Source: Nanobdellati archaeon (lineage in GTDB: Archaea; EX4484-52; GLR71). Taken from it: a DNA stretch of 52,946 nucleotides. The translations under genes were made by a program, and so were the position numbers. Positions within the stretch are counted from its first letter, which is position 1; every line of letters starts with the position of its first letter. The notes beneath the pieces were generated by a model that ran no database searches, was not told the DNA's origin, and saw only the letters and a program-made list of their open reading frames with translations. The stretch lies in the NCBI GenBank assembly GCA_019429125.1, contig JAHYJO010000009.1, positions 1-52,946 of the forward strand, given 5' to 3'. Positions 40,482-50,268 of this stretch are shown piece after piece.

Positions 40482-41894
40482 ATGGTACTCACATTCTTCA
40501 ACACAATGACTCGTAAAAAAGAGGTATTCACTCCGATTAAAGGAAACAAGGTAAACCTGTATGTCTGTGGTCTCACAGTCTATGACTACCCTCACGTTGG
40601 CCATAGCCGTGTCTATATAATGTGGGATATCCTAAGGCGATACTTAGACTATTCAGGATATGACCTAAAGCATGTCCAGAACATAACAGATATCCACGAT
40701 TCAATAATCAAACGCGCAAAAGAAGAAAACGTATCTTTAGAAGACCTGACCAAAAAGTTCACAGACATTGCTTTTGAAGACATGGATCGGTTAAGGATTA
40801 AGCGCGCTCACGTTTATCCTAAAGTCACAGATCACATAAAAGAGATAATAGACATGATAACAACCTTGATTGATAAAGGCTATGCTTACACCACAGACGA
40901 CGGTTCAGTCTATTATGACATATCAAAATTCGCAGATTACGGCAAACTGTCAAGGATAGACCTAACCCAGACAAAGGCGGGCGCAAGAGTGGAAGTGGAT
41001 GACTACAAAGAAAACCCTCAGGATTTCGCACTCTGGAAATCTGCAGATGACGCACCAACCTGGGATAGTCCCTGGGGCAAGGGTCGACCTGGCTGGCACA
41101 TAGAATGTTCAGTAATGGCAAGAAAGCACTTAGGTGATACTCTTGACATCCACACAGGTGGTATGGATCATTATTTTCCGCACCATGAAAACGAAATTGC
41201 TCAAAGTGAAGCAGCCACAGGCAAAAAGTTCGTAAACTACTGGATGCACACAGCATTCATAAACATAGGTGGCGAAAAGATGTCAAAATCCTTGAAGAAC
41301 TTCATAAGGATTAGAGACATACTTGAGACCTACAGACCTGAAGTATTACGACTTTTCATGGTATCATCCCATTACCGGACACCTGTAGACTACAATCCAA
41401 AAAACATAGACAATGCAAAGGCAGCCCTTGACCGCCTTGAGACATTCCTTGACAATCTTGACTTCTACAAGAAAGAGGCAAAAGATAAAGGACAAGAAGA
41501 CAAAACCGTCAAAGAACTTATCTATAAGTCTAAAGAGGATTTCATAACTGCCATGGATGACGACCTAAACACACCTGAAGCATTTGAATCACTTTTCCGT
41601 TTCGTCAAAGACATAAACCGTCTGATGGAACAGCCCAGTGCAATAGGTAAAATTAAAATCGACAACATCAAAGCGCACCTATATGACATAGATCAAATAT
41701 TTGACATACTTCCCGAAAAAGACAAAAAAGAAGACGCGATATCTGATGAAGTTAATGCTCTAATAGAAAAACGAGAACAAGCAAGAACTGAAAAGAACTG
41801 GACTGAAGCCGACATGATAAGGGACAAGCTTGACAAGTTAGGTATAGTCTTAGAAGACACAGGTAAGGGTATTAGGTGGAAGAAAAAAAGATAA
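40482..41894 (+). CDS. cysS: Cysteinyl-tRNA synthetase
   Basis: CGLTVYD, HVGH, GRPGWHIECS, FPHHENE, KMSKS. Confidence 0.97.
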   Translation: MVLTFFNTMTRKKEVFTPIKGNKVNLYVCGLTVYDYPHVGHSRVYIMWDILRRYLDYSGYDLKHVQNITDIHDSIIKRAKEENVSLEDLTKKFTDIAFEDMDRLRIKRAHVYPKVTDHIKEIIDMITTLIDKGYAYTTDDGSVYYDISKFADYGKLSRIDLTQTKAGARVEVDDYKENPQDFALWKSADDAPTWDSPWGKGRPGWHIECSVMARKHLGDTLDIHTGGMDHYFPHHENEIAQSEAATGKKFVNYWMHTAFINIGGEKMSKSLKNFIRIRDILETYRPEVLRLFMVSSHYRTPVDYNPKNIDNAKAALDRLETFLDNLDFYKKEAKDKGQEDKTVKELIYKSKEDFITAMDDDLNTPEAFESLFRFVKDINRLMEQPSAIGKIKIDNIKAHLYDIDQIFDILPEKDKKEDAISDEVNALIEKREQARTEKNWTEADMIRDKLDKLGIVLEDTGKGIRWKKKR

Positions 41895-41958
41895 TTTTTT
41901 CTTTCCGCGCACAAAAACTATAAAAGCACCCAGAACCAATTATTAAATAGTGATACTT

Positions 41959-42165
41959 ATGGAAAAACAAGAAATGCCCTTACCTGAAGGCAAATTAGGT
42001 CTTTTCTGGGTCATAGGCGCAATCGCAATGACTGCAGCAGGTTGGGTTTTAGGTCTTGAAAGCCAGACCTCATCAAATGTATTCATGGCATTCATACTTG
42101 TACTTTTTGCCGGCCTATCCTGGATTGGTGTTGCTGTCGGCGTGATACATAGAAATAGGAAATGA
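41959..42165 (+). CDS. Small two-TM protein (PLPExKL paralog 1)
   Basis: Two TM helices; ATGA overlap with the next gene. Confidence 0.7.
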   Translation: MEKQEMPLPEGKLGLFWVIGAIAMTAAGWVLGLESQTSSNVFMAFILVLFAGLSWIGVAVGVIHRNRK

Positions 42166-42386
42166 TTTTAATGTCTAATCCTCTCCCCGAACAAAAGCTC
42201 ATAGGCGAATGGATGATTGCAACCACGTTTATAGTCTTTGGGATGTGGATTGCAATAAATGTGGAATGGGTATTGGGCACAACTACAGGGTCATATTATG
42301 GCGCACTCTTTGTCGCATTCATCTTTAATCTAGTTGCAGGTCTGATATATTCAGCAATAACCTCAGAAGTAGCAAGGGACTTGTAA
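42162..42386 (+). CDS. Small two-TM protein (PLPExKL paralog 2)
   Basis: Two TM helices; aligns with the preceding protein. Confidence 0.7.
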   Translation: MILMSNPLPEQKLIGEWMIATTFIVFGMWIAINVEWVLGTTTGSYYGALFVAFIFNLVAGLIYSAITSEVARDL

Positions 42387-42394
42387 AACAATAT

Positions 42395-44323
42395 TCACAT
42401 CTTCTTTTTAATCGCGCCAAAATCAACAACTTTACCTGCATAAGTATAAGTCTGACAAGATTCATTACATTTACCACAATGAGAACAGGTCCTGTCAATA
42501 ACAATCTTCTTATCCACAATCTTAATCGACCCTCTATTGCACGTCTTGACACAGATCCCGCAAAGATTACATGTATCAAACTTAATAATCGTCTTAACAA
42601 GTTCAGTAAACATATTTTTTGCATCATCTTTAGAATCAGATTTAATGACAATATGTCCACTCGCAAAAAGTGATATGTCGCATTTACCAGTCCTAACAGT
42701 TATAGCGCCCAAATCTTCTGAATACCTAACACTTCCAAGTATGTTAAACACTCCGGCAAGTTTCTCAAAATCTTTGATTCCTGAAAGCACGCCTTCAAGA
42801 GAGAATTTCTTGTCGTGGCATGGAACTATTCCTGAAACACTTGATATACTATAATCTGTCTTTTTTTCTTGTGGCACAAGGTTAACACCTTTAGTTTCAG
42901 ATATACGCAACATCTTTTTAGGGAAATCTTTCCATCTCCAGAACCCAAGCCGTATATATTTCTTGCTAAGCATCCGTGTTTCTGCCCAATCAATCAAATA
43001 CTGATTAAATTTCTTATATTTATCGAAATGGTTCTCTTTCATCTTCTGGTATTCGCAATCAAGTCCTGATGGACACATCCAGCACCCGACCCGTTCAAAA
43101 CCCAAATCATAAAGTTTATTGTATCTTAATTTTTTAGATAATATAAAAAACCATACCTCAAGCGAAGTCCAGTCAAGTATTGGGTATGCGCTTATCTGTC
43201 CTGGCACAAACGGATTTGAATCTTCTCTTTTAGACATTGCTCTTGCAAATGACTCATTTTTCCTCTTACCTTCAAACGTAAGACATCCATCAGGATAATT
43301 AAGTGATACATATTCGGCAATGGGTGCAAGCTTATGTGTCTTACAACACCATCTATAATCTTTTGCAGGCGGTCCAAAAGTATCCATCTCCGAATAGAAA
43401 TCTTTATCATTATTAAGCAGACGTATCTTTTTCTTAAGATGTTTCTGCATCATTGTAATGTAATCTATAGTCTCTGGAAATTCAAGACCCGTATCAATAA
43501 ATATAATCTCAAAGTTAGATGTCACACTTTTAATAAGTTCCAATACAACAAGACTGTCCTTGCCTCCACTGAATGCGACATTGATTGGTTTTTTATTTTT
43601 TTCCATAGTGCTACTGATGAATTCTTTAGCTTCCTTTTCAGCGATTGTAAGTGCACCTTTATTTGCGATTATTGCTTTTGGAATATCGCTGTATAAGTTA
43701 GAGAAAGCAAATTCGTCCCGTGTTATGTCAATTATTTTGATGACTTCCTTGTCATCTGTAAGTTCTTTCTTGACCAGGCCTTTACCTATCATCTTATTTG
43801 GGAACATCAATATTGCATAGTCTCCGATATTGAATTTCTCACTTGACAATACAATCACATTGTCTGAATCAATATACTTACCTTTAAGGTGCCCCTTAGG
43901 CATTGTCTTGACCCGTATCTTCCTTATTGATGACTTATCAAATACTACGCAACCTTCAATTGAAGGAATAAACATGAACCTTTTATCCACTATATTAAAT
44001 TCAAGGTTCCCAATAACGATTCCGTCGACAATGACCTCATCAACCCTGTCAAGTCCGGATGTTTTGGCAAGGTATATTGTCTTTTTACGCATCACTTTAC
44101 CCGTGCGCGAGCCGTAAGCATTAGTAATTAGTTTGTTTATTTCTTGTGTTTCAGTTTCGAAAGCAGGTCTAATCTCACCGTTACCAGTAAGACTAATCGC
44201 CTTGCCACGTCCTCCACAGATATCGCATTTTTTGCGTAGCAGTGGCACATTGCATTCCGTGCACCATCTAACATATGTAGCTTGCCTTTGCATTTTAGTA
44301 TTTCGTTGCATTTGGTGTCTCAC
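42395..44323 (-). CDS. PAPS-reductase-family PP-loop protein with Zn ribbon and 2x4Fe-4S domain
   Basis: CTECNVP...CDICG, AFSGGKDS, WCCKTHK, RVGCWMCP, CNLCGICVKTC, CSHCGKCNESC. Confidence 0.9.
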   Translation of the reverse strand: MRHQMQRNTKMQRQATYVRWCTECNVPLLRKKCDICGGRGKAISLTGNGEIRPAFETETQEINKLITNAYGSRTGKVMRKKTIYLAKTSGLDRVDEVIVDGIVIGNLEFNIVDKRFMFIPSIEGCVVFDKSSIRKIRVKTMPKGHLKGKYIDSDNVIVLSSEKFNIGDYAILMFPNKMIGKGLVKKELTDDKEVIKIIDITRDEFAFSNLYSDIPKAIIANKGALTIAEKEAKEFISSTMEKNKKPINVAFSGGKDSLVVLELIKSVTSNFEIIFIDTGLEFPETIDYITMMQKHLKKKIRLLNNDKDFYSEMDTFGPPAKDYRWCCKTHKLAPIAEYVSLNYPDGCLTFEGKRKNESFARAMSKREDSNPFVPGQISAYPILDWTSLEVWFFILSKKLRYNKLYDLGFERVGCWMCPSGLDCEYQKMKENHFDKYKKFNQYLIDWAETRMLSKKYIRLGFWRWKDFPKKMLRISETKGVNLVPQEKKTDYSISSVSGIVPCHDKKFSLEGVLSGIKDFEKLAGVFNILGSVRYSEDLGAITVRTGKCDISLFASGHIVIKSDSKDDAKNMFTELVKTIIKFDTCNLCGICVKTCNRGSIKIVDKKIVIDRTCSHCGKCNESCQTYTYAGKVVDFGAIKKKM

Positions 44324-44366
44324 ATCTATGATTTATAGAACTAGATATATATATTAAAATAAAAAG

Positions 44367-44441
44367 TGAGCCCGAAGGGATTTGAACCCTCGACCTACTG
44401 GTCCGAAGCCAGTCGCTCTATCCAAACTGAGCCACGAGCCC
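44367..44441 (-). tRNA. tRNA-Arg(TCG)
   Basis: GGGCTCG/CGGGCTC acceptor, ACTGG-CTTCGGA-CCAGT, GAGGG-TTCAAAT-CCCTT; no intron. Confidence 0.95.
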
Positions 44442-44474
44442 ACAGAATTAAATGACCATATAGTTTTTTAAATG

Positions 44475-45602
44475 TTACAATTTGATGTCCTCATCTTTTA
44501 TGTCAAACACTTTTTTGCAAAGCTCTGAAAATACGACATCTTTTGTGTATATTATATCATTTATTTGGATCACTGCCGTTTCAGTTTTATCCATCATTAT
44601 GTCATTTTTAGCTATATACTCTTCGATGGCTTGCGAATTGTGGTAGTATTTGCTGTAATCTTCGTAGATACAAAGTGATACATATTCATTTTCGTCATAC
44701 ACCCTTAAGAAATAATGTGGGTGTTCACGGTCTATATATTTTACAAATTCAGTTCTTTCTTCAATACTTTTTCTCGGATTGAATCTAAATGAGTTATAGA
44801 CTATAAGCTCGTTGTCGAGTTTTTTGAGCACAGGGACTATAACAGGTTTCAATATACTCTCATTTAGAATTTTATGTTTTATTTTTCTAAATGTCTGTAT
44901 ATTTATGCCTGTTATCTCAGCGAGCGTTTTGCTGTTATTCTCAGGGAATTTACACAGATAAAAGATGACTCTCTTATCATTTCTATTCAGGTTAACCCTC
45001 TTAAGTGTCCTGTCTTTTATTTTTATCATGTCAGGACAATCTTTGTCGTCTTTAATCTCTAATCTAAATATGTGTTTAATTAGGTTTGCATAGTTGAAAT
45101 ATATGTTTGCATGTGTTAGTGCGAAATTGACATATTTGGGGTATCCATTTATAAATATATTTTGGTTATACCATTTCTCCTCAAAATTATATTGTCCTAT
45201 CTTTAGTTTTGCAAAATCCTTGACAAAATTAAGGCCTATAAAAGATGACTCTGTGATAATTGTAAATACGCTGTTGTCATATTTGTTTAACACAATTTTT
45301 GATAACTTTTTCAATATCTCTTTGTTTAAATTAGGATTTATATGAAAAAATGTGTTTTTTATAATTTCTTCATTTATGTATTCAGAACCTATACGGTATT
45401 TAATGTGATATACCTCATTGTCTTTCAATCGTTTTTTTATTGCAGTGACAGTTGACCTGTTGAGGTCTATCTTTTCAGAAAGTTCCTGATCAGTCTTAAG
45501 TGGCCATCTAGTTATTGCGTAAAGTACAAGTTTCTCTTTATCTGAGAGTTTATCTGGTTTTATCTTTTTTATCTGTTTATATGTGGTAATCTCTGAGTTC
45601 AT
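44475..45602 (-). CDS. Tandem-duplicated HTH (Lrp/AsnC-like) regulator
   Basis: Two HTH units (LSDKEKLVLY...TDQELSEKIDLNRSTVTAIKKRL; LNRNDKRVIF...SKTLAEITGINIQTFRKIKHKI), each followed by an alpha/beta domain. Confidence 0.75.
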   Translation of the reverse strand: MNSEITTYKQIKKIKPDKLSDKEKLVLYAITRWPLKTDQELSEKIDLNRSTVTAIKKRLKDNEVYHIKYRIGSEYINEEIIKNTFFHINPNLNKEILKKLSKIVLNKYDNSVFTIITESSFIGLNFVKDFAKLKIGQYNFEEKWYNQNIFINGYPKYVNFALTHANIYFNYANLIKHIFRLEIKDDKDCPDMIKIKDRTLKRVNLNRNDKRVIFYLCKFPENNSKTLAEITGINIQTFRKIKHKILNESILKPVIVPVLKKLDNELIVYNSFRFNPRKSIEERTEFVKYIDREHPHYFLRVYDENEYVSLCIYEDYSKYYHNSQAIEEYIAKNDIMMDKTETAVIQINDIIYTKDVVFSELCKKVFDIKDEDIKL

Positions 45603-45780
45603 AAGGTATAATCTATTTAATATAATATATAAATGTTTCTGTCAATAAAATACATATTATACAGTAATCTATAGTTTATGGTCAGTTTTTAAAAAGAAAC
45701 TAATCAAAAAACAAAATCTTTATATACTTTGACCTACTATATAAATATCCCTACAACAAAAAATAAAATCTCATATTTTG

Positions 45781-45855
45781 TGGACTCTCTCTCCATCAAA
45801 GGAATCATTGATTCCTTGGGTGTCTGATACTATGGGGTATCAGGCATCCAATCCA
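45781..45855 (+). ncRNA. Candidate structured small RNA
   Basis: Two hairpins plus a TGGA/TCCA closing helix; G-U pairs only work on the + strand; TATA-like box upstream. Confidence 0.5.
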
Positions 45856-45867
45856 GGGCTATATTAA

Positions 45868-47289
45868 TCATTTAAGTTCTAAAAGAATTTCTTTTTTAGC
45901 AGTATTGGCGTCAATCTGTCCTTTAGTCTCGCGTATGACCTGCCCCACAAGGAAATGAAGCGATTTCTCGTTACCACTTTTATAATCATTAACTGCAACC
46001 TCATTTGTTTCAATGACTTTTATGACAATATCTTTTATTGCGCCTGTATCATCAATCTTTCCCAGTCCCAGCATCTTTGCAGCGCTCTTGTCATCAGTCT
46101 TAAGCTCGACCATCTTCCTAATTATCTGTTCAGTTACATGGTCTGTAAACTCTTTCTTTGCAAATGATACAAGTAAGCTTATTACCCATTCATCTTTGAG
46201 TCCGGAACCGACATAAGTAGTGTCATTATAATTCAATGTCTTTTTCAGTGGTCCTGAAATCCATCCTGCCGCAATCTGTGCACCCACTTTTTTTGCGACT
46301 TTCTCAAATATATCAGATATTGCCTTCTCGCTTGTAAGTTTCTCAGCCTCTTTTTCGTGCATACCATACTCTTTTATGAACCGTTTCTGTCTCTGGTCTG
46401 GTAGTTCAGGCAATCCTTTTCTAAGTTTGTCAATAAGTGATTTTTTTATCTCAATCTTTGTAAGATCTGGTTCAAATGTATACCCATAATCAGCTTCCGT
46501 CTCTTTTTTCCGCATAGCTTTTGTGACACCCATCTGTGGATCCCATTGCCTTGATTCAAGCGTGATAACTCCACCACCACGAACGACATTCTTCTGTCTT
46601 ATATGTTCATAGTTGAGTGCTTTCTCAATCTCTTTAGTCCCCGTGATGTTCTTGATTTCAACCCTTTCTCCGCCATTAATAGACAGGTTGCCGTCAGATT
46701 TGAGTGTGGCTTCACTTGCAAAATCATAGATGCCTAAGTAATCAAATATCTGCCCAATCTTCTGCAGGTATAGCCGTGCCTCATCAGGTGTTGCAAAATC
46801 AGGTTCAGTCACAATCTCGATAAGCGGTGTGCCCGCACGGTTATAATCAACAAGAGTGTACCCGCCAGTTGGCGAACTTTGATGTATAAGTTTTGCCGGA
46901 TCTTCCTCAATATGCAATCGTCGTATCCGTATATTCTTTTTAGTCCCAGCAACATTTAGTTCCATTATGCCGTTCTCTGCAAGTGGCACTTCATACTGTG
47001 TAGTCTGGAAATTCTTGCTCATATCAGGATAGAAATAAGTCTTTCTTGAAAAATAAATCTCACCTGCAATCTTGCAGTTAAGCGCGAGCGCAGCCTTGAT
47101 AGCGCTCTCGATAATCTTTTCATTAATCCGTGGTTTTGCACCCGGCATACCAAGACATGTAGGGCAGGTTAGAGTGTTGGGTTCAAGTGCATTCTTACTT
47201 TTGATAGATACAGGGTTTGCGCACCCGCATAAAAGTTTAGACTTAGAGTTAAGTTGCACATGTGTCTCAAGACCAATCATCATACTCAT
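45868..47289 (-). CDS. gatB: Asp/Glu-tRNA amidotransferase subunit B
   Basis: IGLETHVQL, RKTYFYPD, HIEED, DYNRAGTPLIEIVTEPD, FLVGQV. Confidence 0.96.
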   Translation of the reverse strand: MSMMIGLETHVQLNSKSKLLCGCANPVSIKSKNALEPNTLTCPTCLGMPGAKPRINEKIIESAIKAALALNCKIAGEIYFSRKTYFYPDMSKNFQTTQYEVPLAENGIMELNVAGTKKNIRIRRLHIEEDPAKLIHQSSPTGGYTLVDYNRAGTPLIEIVTEPDFATPDEARLYLQKIGQIFDYLGIYDFASEATLKSDGNLSINGGERVEIKNITGTKEIEKALNYEHIRQKNVVRGGGVITLESRQWDPQMGVTKAMRKKETEADYGYTFEPDLTKIEIKKSLIDKLRKGLPELPDQRQKRFIKEYGMHEKEAEKLTSEKAISDIFEKVAKKVGAQIAAGWISGPLKKTLNYNDTTYVGSGLKDEWVISLLVSFAKKEFTDHVTEQIIRKMVELKTDDKSAAKMLGLGKIDDTGAIKDIVIKVIETNEVAVNDYKSGNEKSLHFLVGQVIRETKGQIDANTAKKEILLELK

Positions 47290-47400
47290 ATGGATATCAC
47301 TCTCAAAGATTTATGCTTTAATTATTTAAATGTTGGGTGTGGTATATATTATTCTTAGGACTTTTCATTATCTTTTATTTGTTAAGTGTATATAAAGATA

Positions 47401-48324
47401 TTATGCAATTTTGCTAGCATAATCTTTTCCATTATTATATAATATATTGTTTTTGTCTTTATTTCTTAAGGTCGTTGAATTGATAATTGGCATGTGATTA
47501 TCAAATGTGATATGTCCTCTGAATATATCGCTTTCAAAACAAATATGTTTCAATATTTCAGATTTATCGTCTTGCAGTTGTTTTAATTTTGTTGAATATG
47601 AAATATATTTTGTATTTGTGTGATAAAGATATTCAGTTGTGTGTCCTTCTAATGCATCAGAGCTTCCAAGATATATATTCTTTAAGTTATTTTCAATTAC
47701 TTTTTTTAATTTTGTGTATTTTTCAAATTCAAATTCATTTAAGTCCATATTTTCAATTAGGTTTAGCATTATGTCTGAACTATGTACACCATAAAATATG
47801 TTGCCACTCTGTGTTGTCTCATCTATTATTCTTGAAAGAGGAAATTCACCAGTTTCTAAAGTCTCTAGAATTCTATCGGGCGCATTGATATGTGCTTGTA
47901 TTGACATACCCTTGTCAATACCTTCTTTAAATATATTGTATATATTTTGATTAAATCCATCTATACAACGAAATTTTAATCCCTTAAATCCTGCATTTTT
48001 TAAGCCTGTTATATATTCAGAACAATCAATATCTTTCATCCATTTTGGTGGTGCTCTATTACTTGAATTGTAAGGTACATAAAAATAAGGAATTATTTCA
48101 GTGGTTAATTTTGGATGTATATCTTTCAAATTAAAATCGGAATTTATTTCTAGTAACTTTTCATCTTTGAATAAGCCTAGTATCTGATTAGCTTCTATAC
48201 ATGCCACTGCTTTATCTACATATAAATTTTCTTTTTTTGCTTTTTCAAAATAATCATAAATATTGTCTTGTAATGTGCCATCTACTTGATTAAGGTGTGT
48301 GTGACAATCTATAATGTTCAACAT
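47401..48324 (-). CDS. Divergent amidohydrolase/TatD-like TIM-barrel protein
   Basis: IIDCHTH, GFKGLK, QAH, FESD, NILYNN. Confidence 0.65.
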   Translation of the reverse strand: MLNIIDCHTHLNQVDGTLQDNIYDYFEKAKKENLYVDKAVACIEANQILGLFKDEKLLEINSDFNLKDIHPKLTTEIIPYFYVPYNSSNRAPPKWMKDIDCSEYITGLKNAGFKGLKFRCIDGFNQNIYNIFKEGIDKGMSIQAHINAPDRILETLETGEFPLSRIIDETTQSGNIFYGVHSSDIMLNLIENMDLNEFEFEKYTKLKKVIENNLKNIYLGSSDALEGHTTEYLYHTNTKYISYSTKLKQLQDDKSEILKHICFESDIFRGHITFDNHMPIINSTTLRNKDKNNILYNNGKDYASKIA

Positions 48325-48392
48325 ATAACTAGTTAGTAGTAACAGTTTATAAATATATCGTTTATTGGTAAAATTAAGTGGTTTAAAATAAT

Positions 48393-49649
48393 TTAAACCA
48401 GCACAATTGTAGCAAGACCCAAGAAAACAAGGAATCCTAAAACATCAGTTGCCGTAGTAATGAATATTGTAGCTGAAGTTGCCGGATCTTTGCCCATCTG
48501 TTTCATGAAGACAGGTACCAATGCGCCGAAAAGGCCAGCAATGACAAGGTTGAAGACCATCGCAACACCTACCACAAGCCCAAGCATGGGGCTCTTATTG
48601 ACAAATGTAGCAATAACTGCAACCAACAGTCCTGTAATAACACCATTGATACATCCTGCAATCATCTCATTCAATATGACTCTCTTTGATGTCTTGAGTT
48701 CTATCTCTTTAAGTGTAAGACCACGGACTGTCACAGCCATAGTCTGCGTGCCTGCGTTGCCACCCATTCCTGCAACAATTGGCATGTATGCAGCAAGAAG
48801 TATGACTGCTGACAACGTATCAGCAAAAAGCCCGATGACAGATGCAGCAAGAAATGCAGTCCCAAGATTCAGGATGAGCCATTTGTATCTGTATTTAACT
48901 TTAGTCAGTGCGGAGTCAAATACATCCTCATCACGGCTGACACCTGCAAAATCATATAATGCGTTACTTGCCTGTTTCTGTATCAGTTTCAGTATGTCGT
49001 CAGAATATATGACACCTATTATGCTCCTGTCTTCATCAAGCACCACAATCTTTGAATGCGGATTTTTCTTGAACAGATTTATAATATCATTTTCGCCTTG
49101 GTTATATCTTATGTATGGGACTTTACGTATATGTTTATTGACTTCCTCATCTTTTGAATAAAGTCCAAGGTCGTGCATCAACAGTTCACCATGGAGAAGT
49201 CCTTCATGGACAACAAGTATTGCAGGGAGCTTGCCCGTCCTCATCTCATGTTTCTTGATAATCTTTGAAACGTCAGAAAATGTAGTCTCGCAATCAACAT
49301 CGATGTAATCAAGACTCATGATACCTGCAGCGCTTGCAGGGTCAAATTTGAGCAGATATTCAACTTTTTCTTTCATATCCTTACTCAATTTATCTATGAT
49401 ATTTTGTCGTCTGTGCGCACTTTCTATGTTCTGTAGAAGATCAGTTGAGTCATCAGGGTCAAGATAATGCAGTAAATTTATAATCTCAACACTTTTCAAT
49501 TTGTTTATTATCCTTTTCCGTAGTATCCTTGATATATTAAGTAGCACAAAACCCTGTTCATTTACAGGGATACTTCTAAATACGGTTATTTTATCGGTTG
49601 CAACCATAACCTCATGTATATGGTTTTTATGTACCTCTTTTTTGAACAT
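48393..49649 (-). CDS. mgtE: MgtE magnesium transporter
   Basis: N domain + CBS pair, AGMGGNAGTQT, DPA...FITTATDVLG. Confidence 0.95.
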   Translation of the reverse strand: MFKKEVHKNHIHEVMVATDKITVFRSIPVNEQGFVLLNISRILRKRIINKLKSVEIINLLHYLDPDDSTDLLQNIESAHRRQNIIDKLSKDMKEKVEYLLKFDPASAAGIMSLDYIDVDCETTFSDVSKIIKKHEMRTGKLPAILVVHEGLLHGELLMHDLGLYSKDEEVNKHIRKVPYIRYNQGENDIINLFKKNPHSKIVVLDEDRSIIGVIYSDDILKLIQKQASNALYDFAGVSRDEDVFDSALTKVKYRYKWLILNLGTAFLAASVIGLFADTLSAVILLAAYMPIVAGMGGNAGTQTMAVTVRGLTLKEIELKTSKRVILNEMIAGCINGVITGLLVAVIATFVNKSPMLGLVVGVAMVFNLVIAGLFGALVPVFMKQMGKDPATSATIFITTATDVLGFLVFLGLATIVLV

Positions 49650-49668
49650 GTCATCAACTGTTTTCTAA

Positions 49669-49730
49669 TATTTTGATTAAGTGATTATTCTATTTTGATT
49701 AAGTGATTATTCTATTTTGATTAAGTGATT
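49669..49730. repeat. 22-bp tandem repeat TATTTTGATTAAGTGATTATTC, about 2.8 copies
   Basis: Copies at 49669-49690, 49691-49712 and a partial copy at 49713-49730; no spacers. Confidence 0.9.
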
Positions 49731-49806
49731 TACTTGCATCAAATACTTATCTCTAATTATTGAGTGTTTTATACATATATATAATGTATAAGATATAATT
49801 GATTTC

Positions 49807-50268
49807 ATGCGCTACTTTGACAATTATGCTTACTTTTATGATCTCTCAAACGATGAAGAGGGCAATTTCAATAAAATTAAATCCGAAAAGCCAGAATATC
49901 TTGCACATATAAGGGCAACACTCGCAGAAAGATGGGACTCTCTCCCTAAAAAAGAATATCATTCCCTATACCCGAGCCGTTCTGAACCCGGACACATGAT
50001 AACCTTAAAGCGCGAGCATGTCATATTGATTCTACATCTTGAACGTTCTGAAGAGAAGGTTGAAGGAGGAAATACAGTCCTCCATGAGACCGACCTAGTC
50101 TTTGAAAAAGACAGTTTCGCAAAATTAGTCAAGCGCACAGACATGTGTCCCGACCGCGCCAGGATGTCATTTAGGATACATAAATGGGGTGACGAGCGCA
50201 TGCTAACAATCCTAAAAAAAGACAAAATCTTCAGGCAATTCATAAAACGGATGAACGAGATATTGTGA
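49807..50268 (+). CDS. Hypothetical protein, 153 aa
   Basis: ATG about 25 nt after a TATA-like box. Confidence 0.65.
   Translation: MRYFDNYAYFYDLSNDEEGNFNKIKSEKPEYLAHIRATLAERWDSLPKKEYHSLYPSRSEPGHMITLKREHVILILHLERSEEKVEGGNTVLHETDLVFEKDSFAKLVKRTDMCPDRARMSFRIHKWGDERMLTILKKDKIFRQFIKRMNEIL

Noticed and set aside
48460-49161. 233-aa antisense ORF in mgtE, and similar shadow ORFs in PINA, PAN, cysS, dusB and the PAPS-like gene
   Set aside because: Antisense to well-supported genes and without motifs.
49669-49730. CRISPR array
   Set aside because: Repeats are directly adjacent with no spacers; no cas genes in the window.
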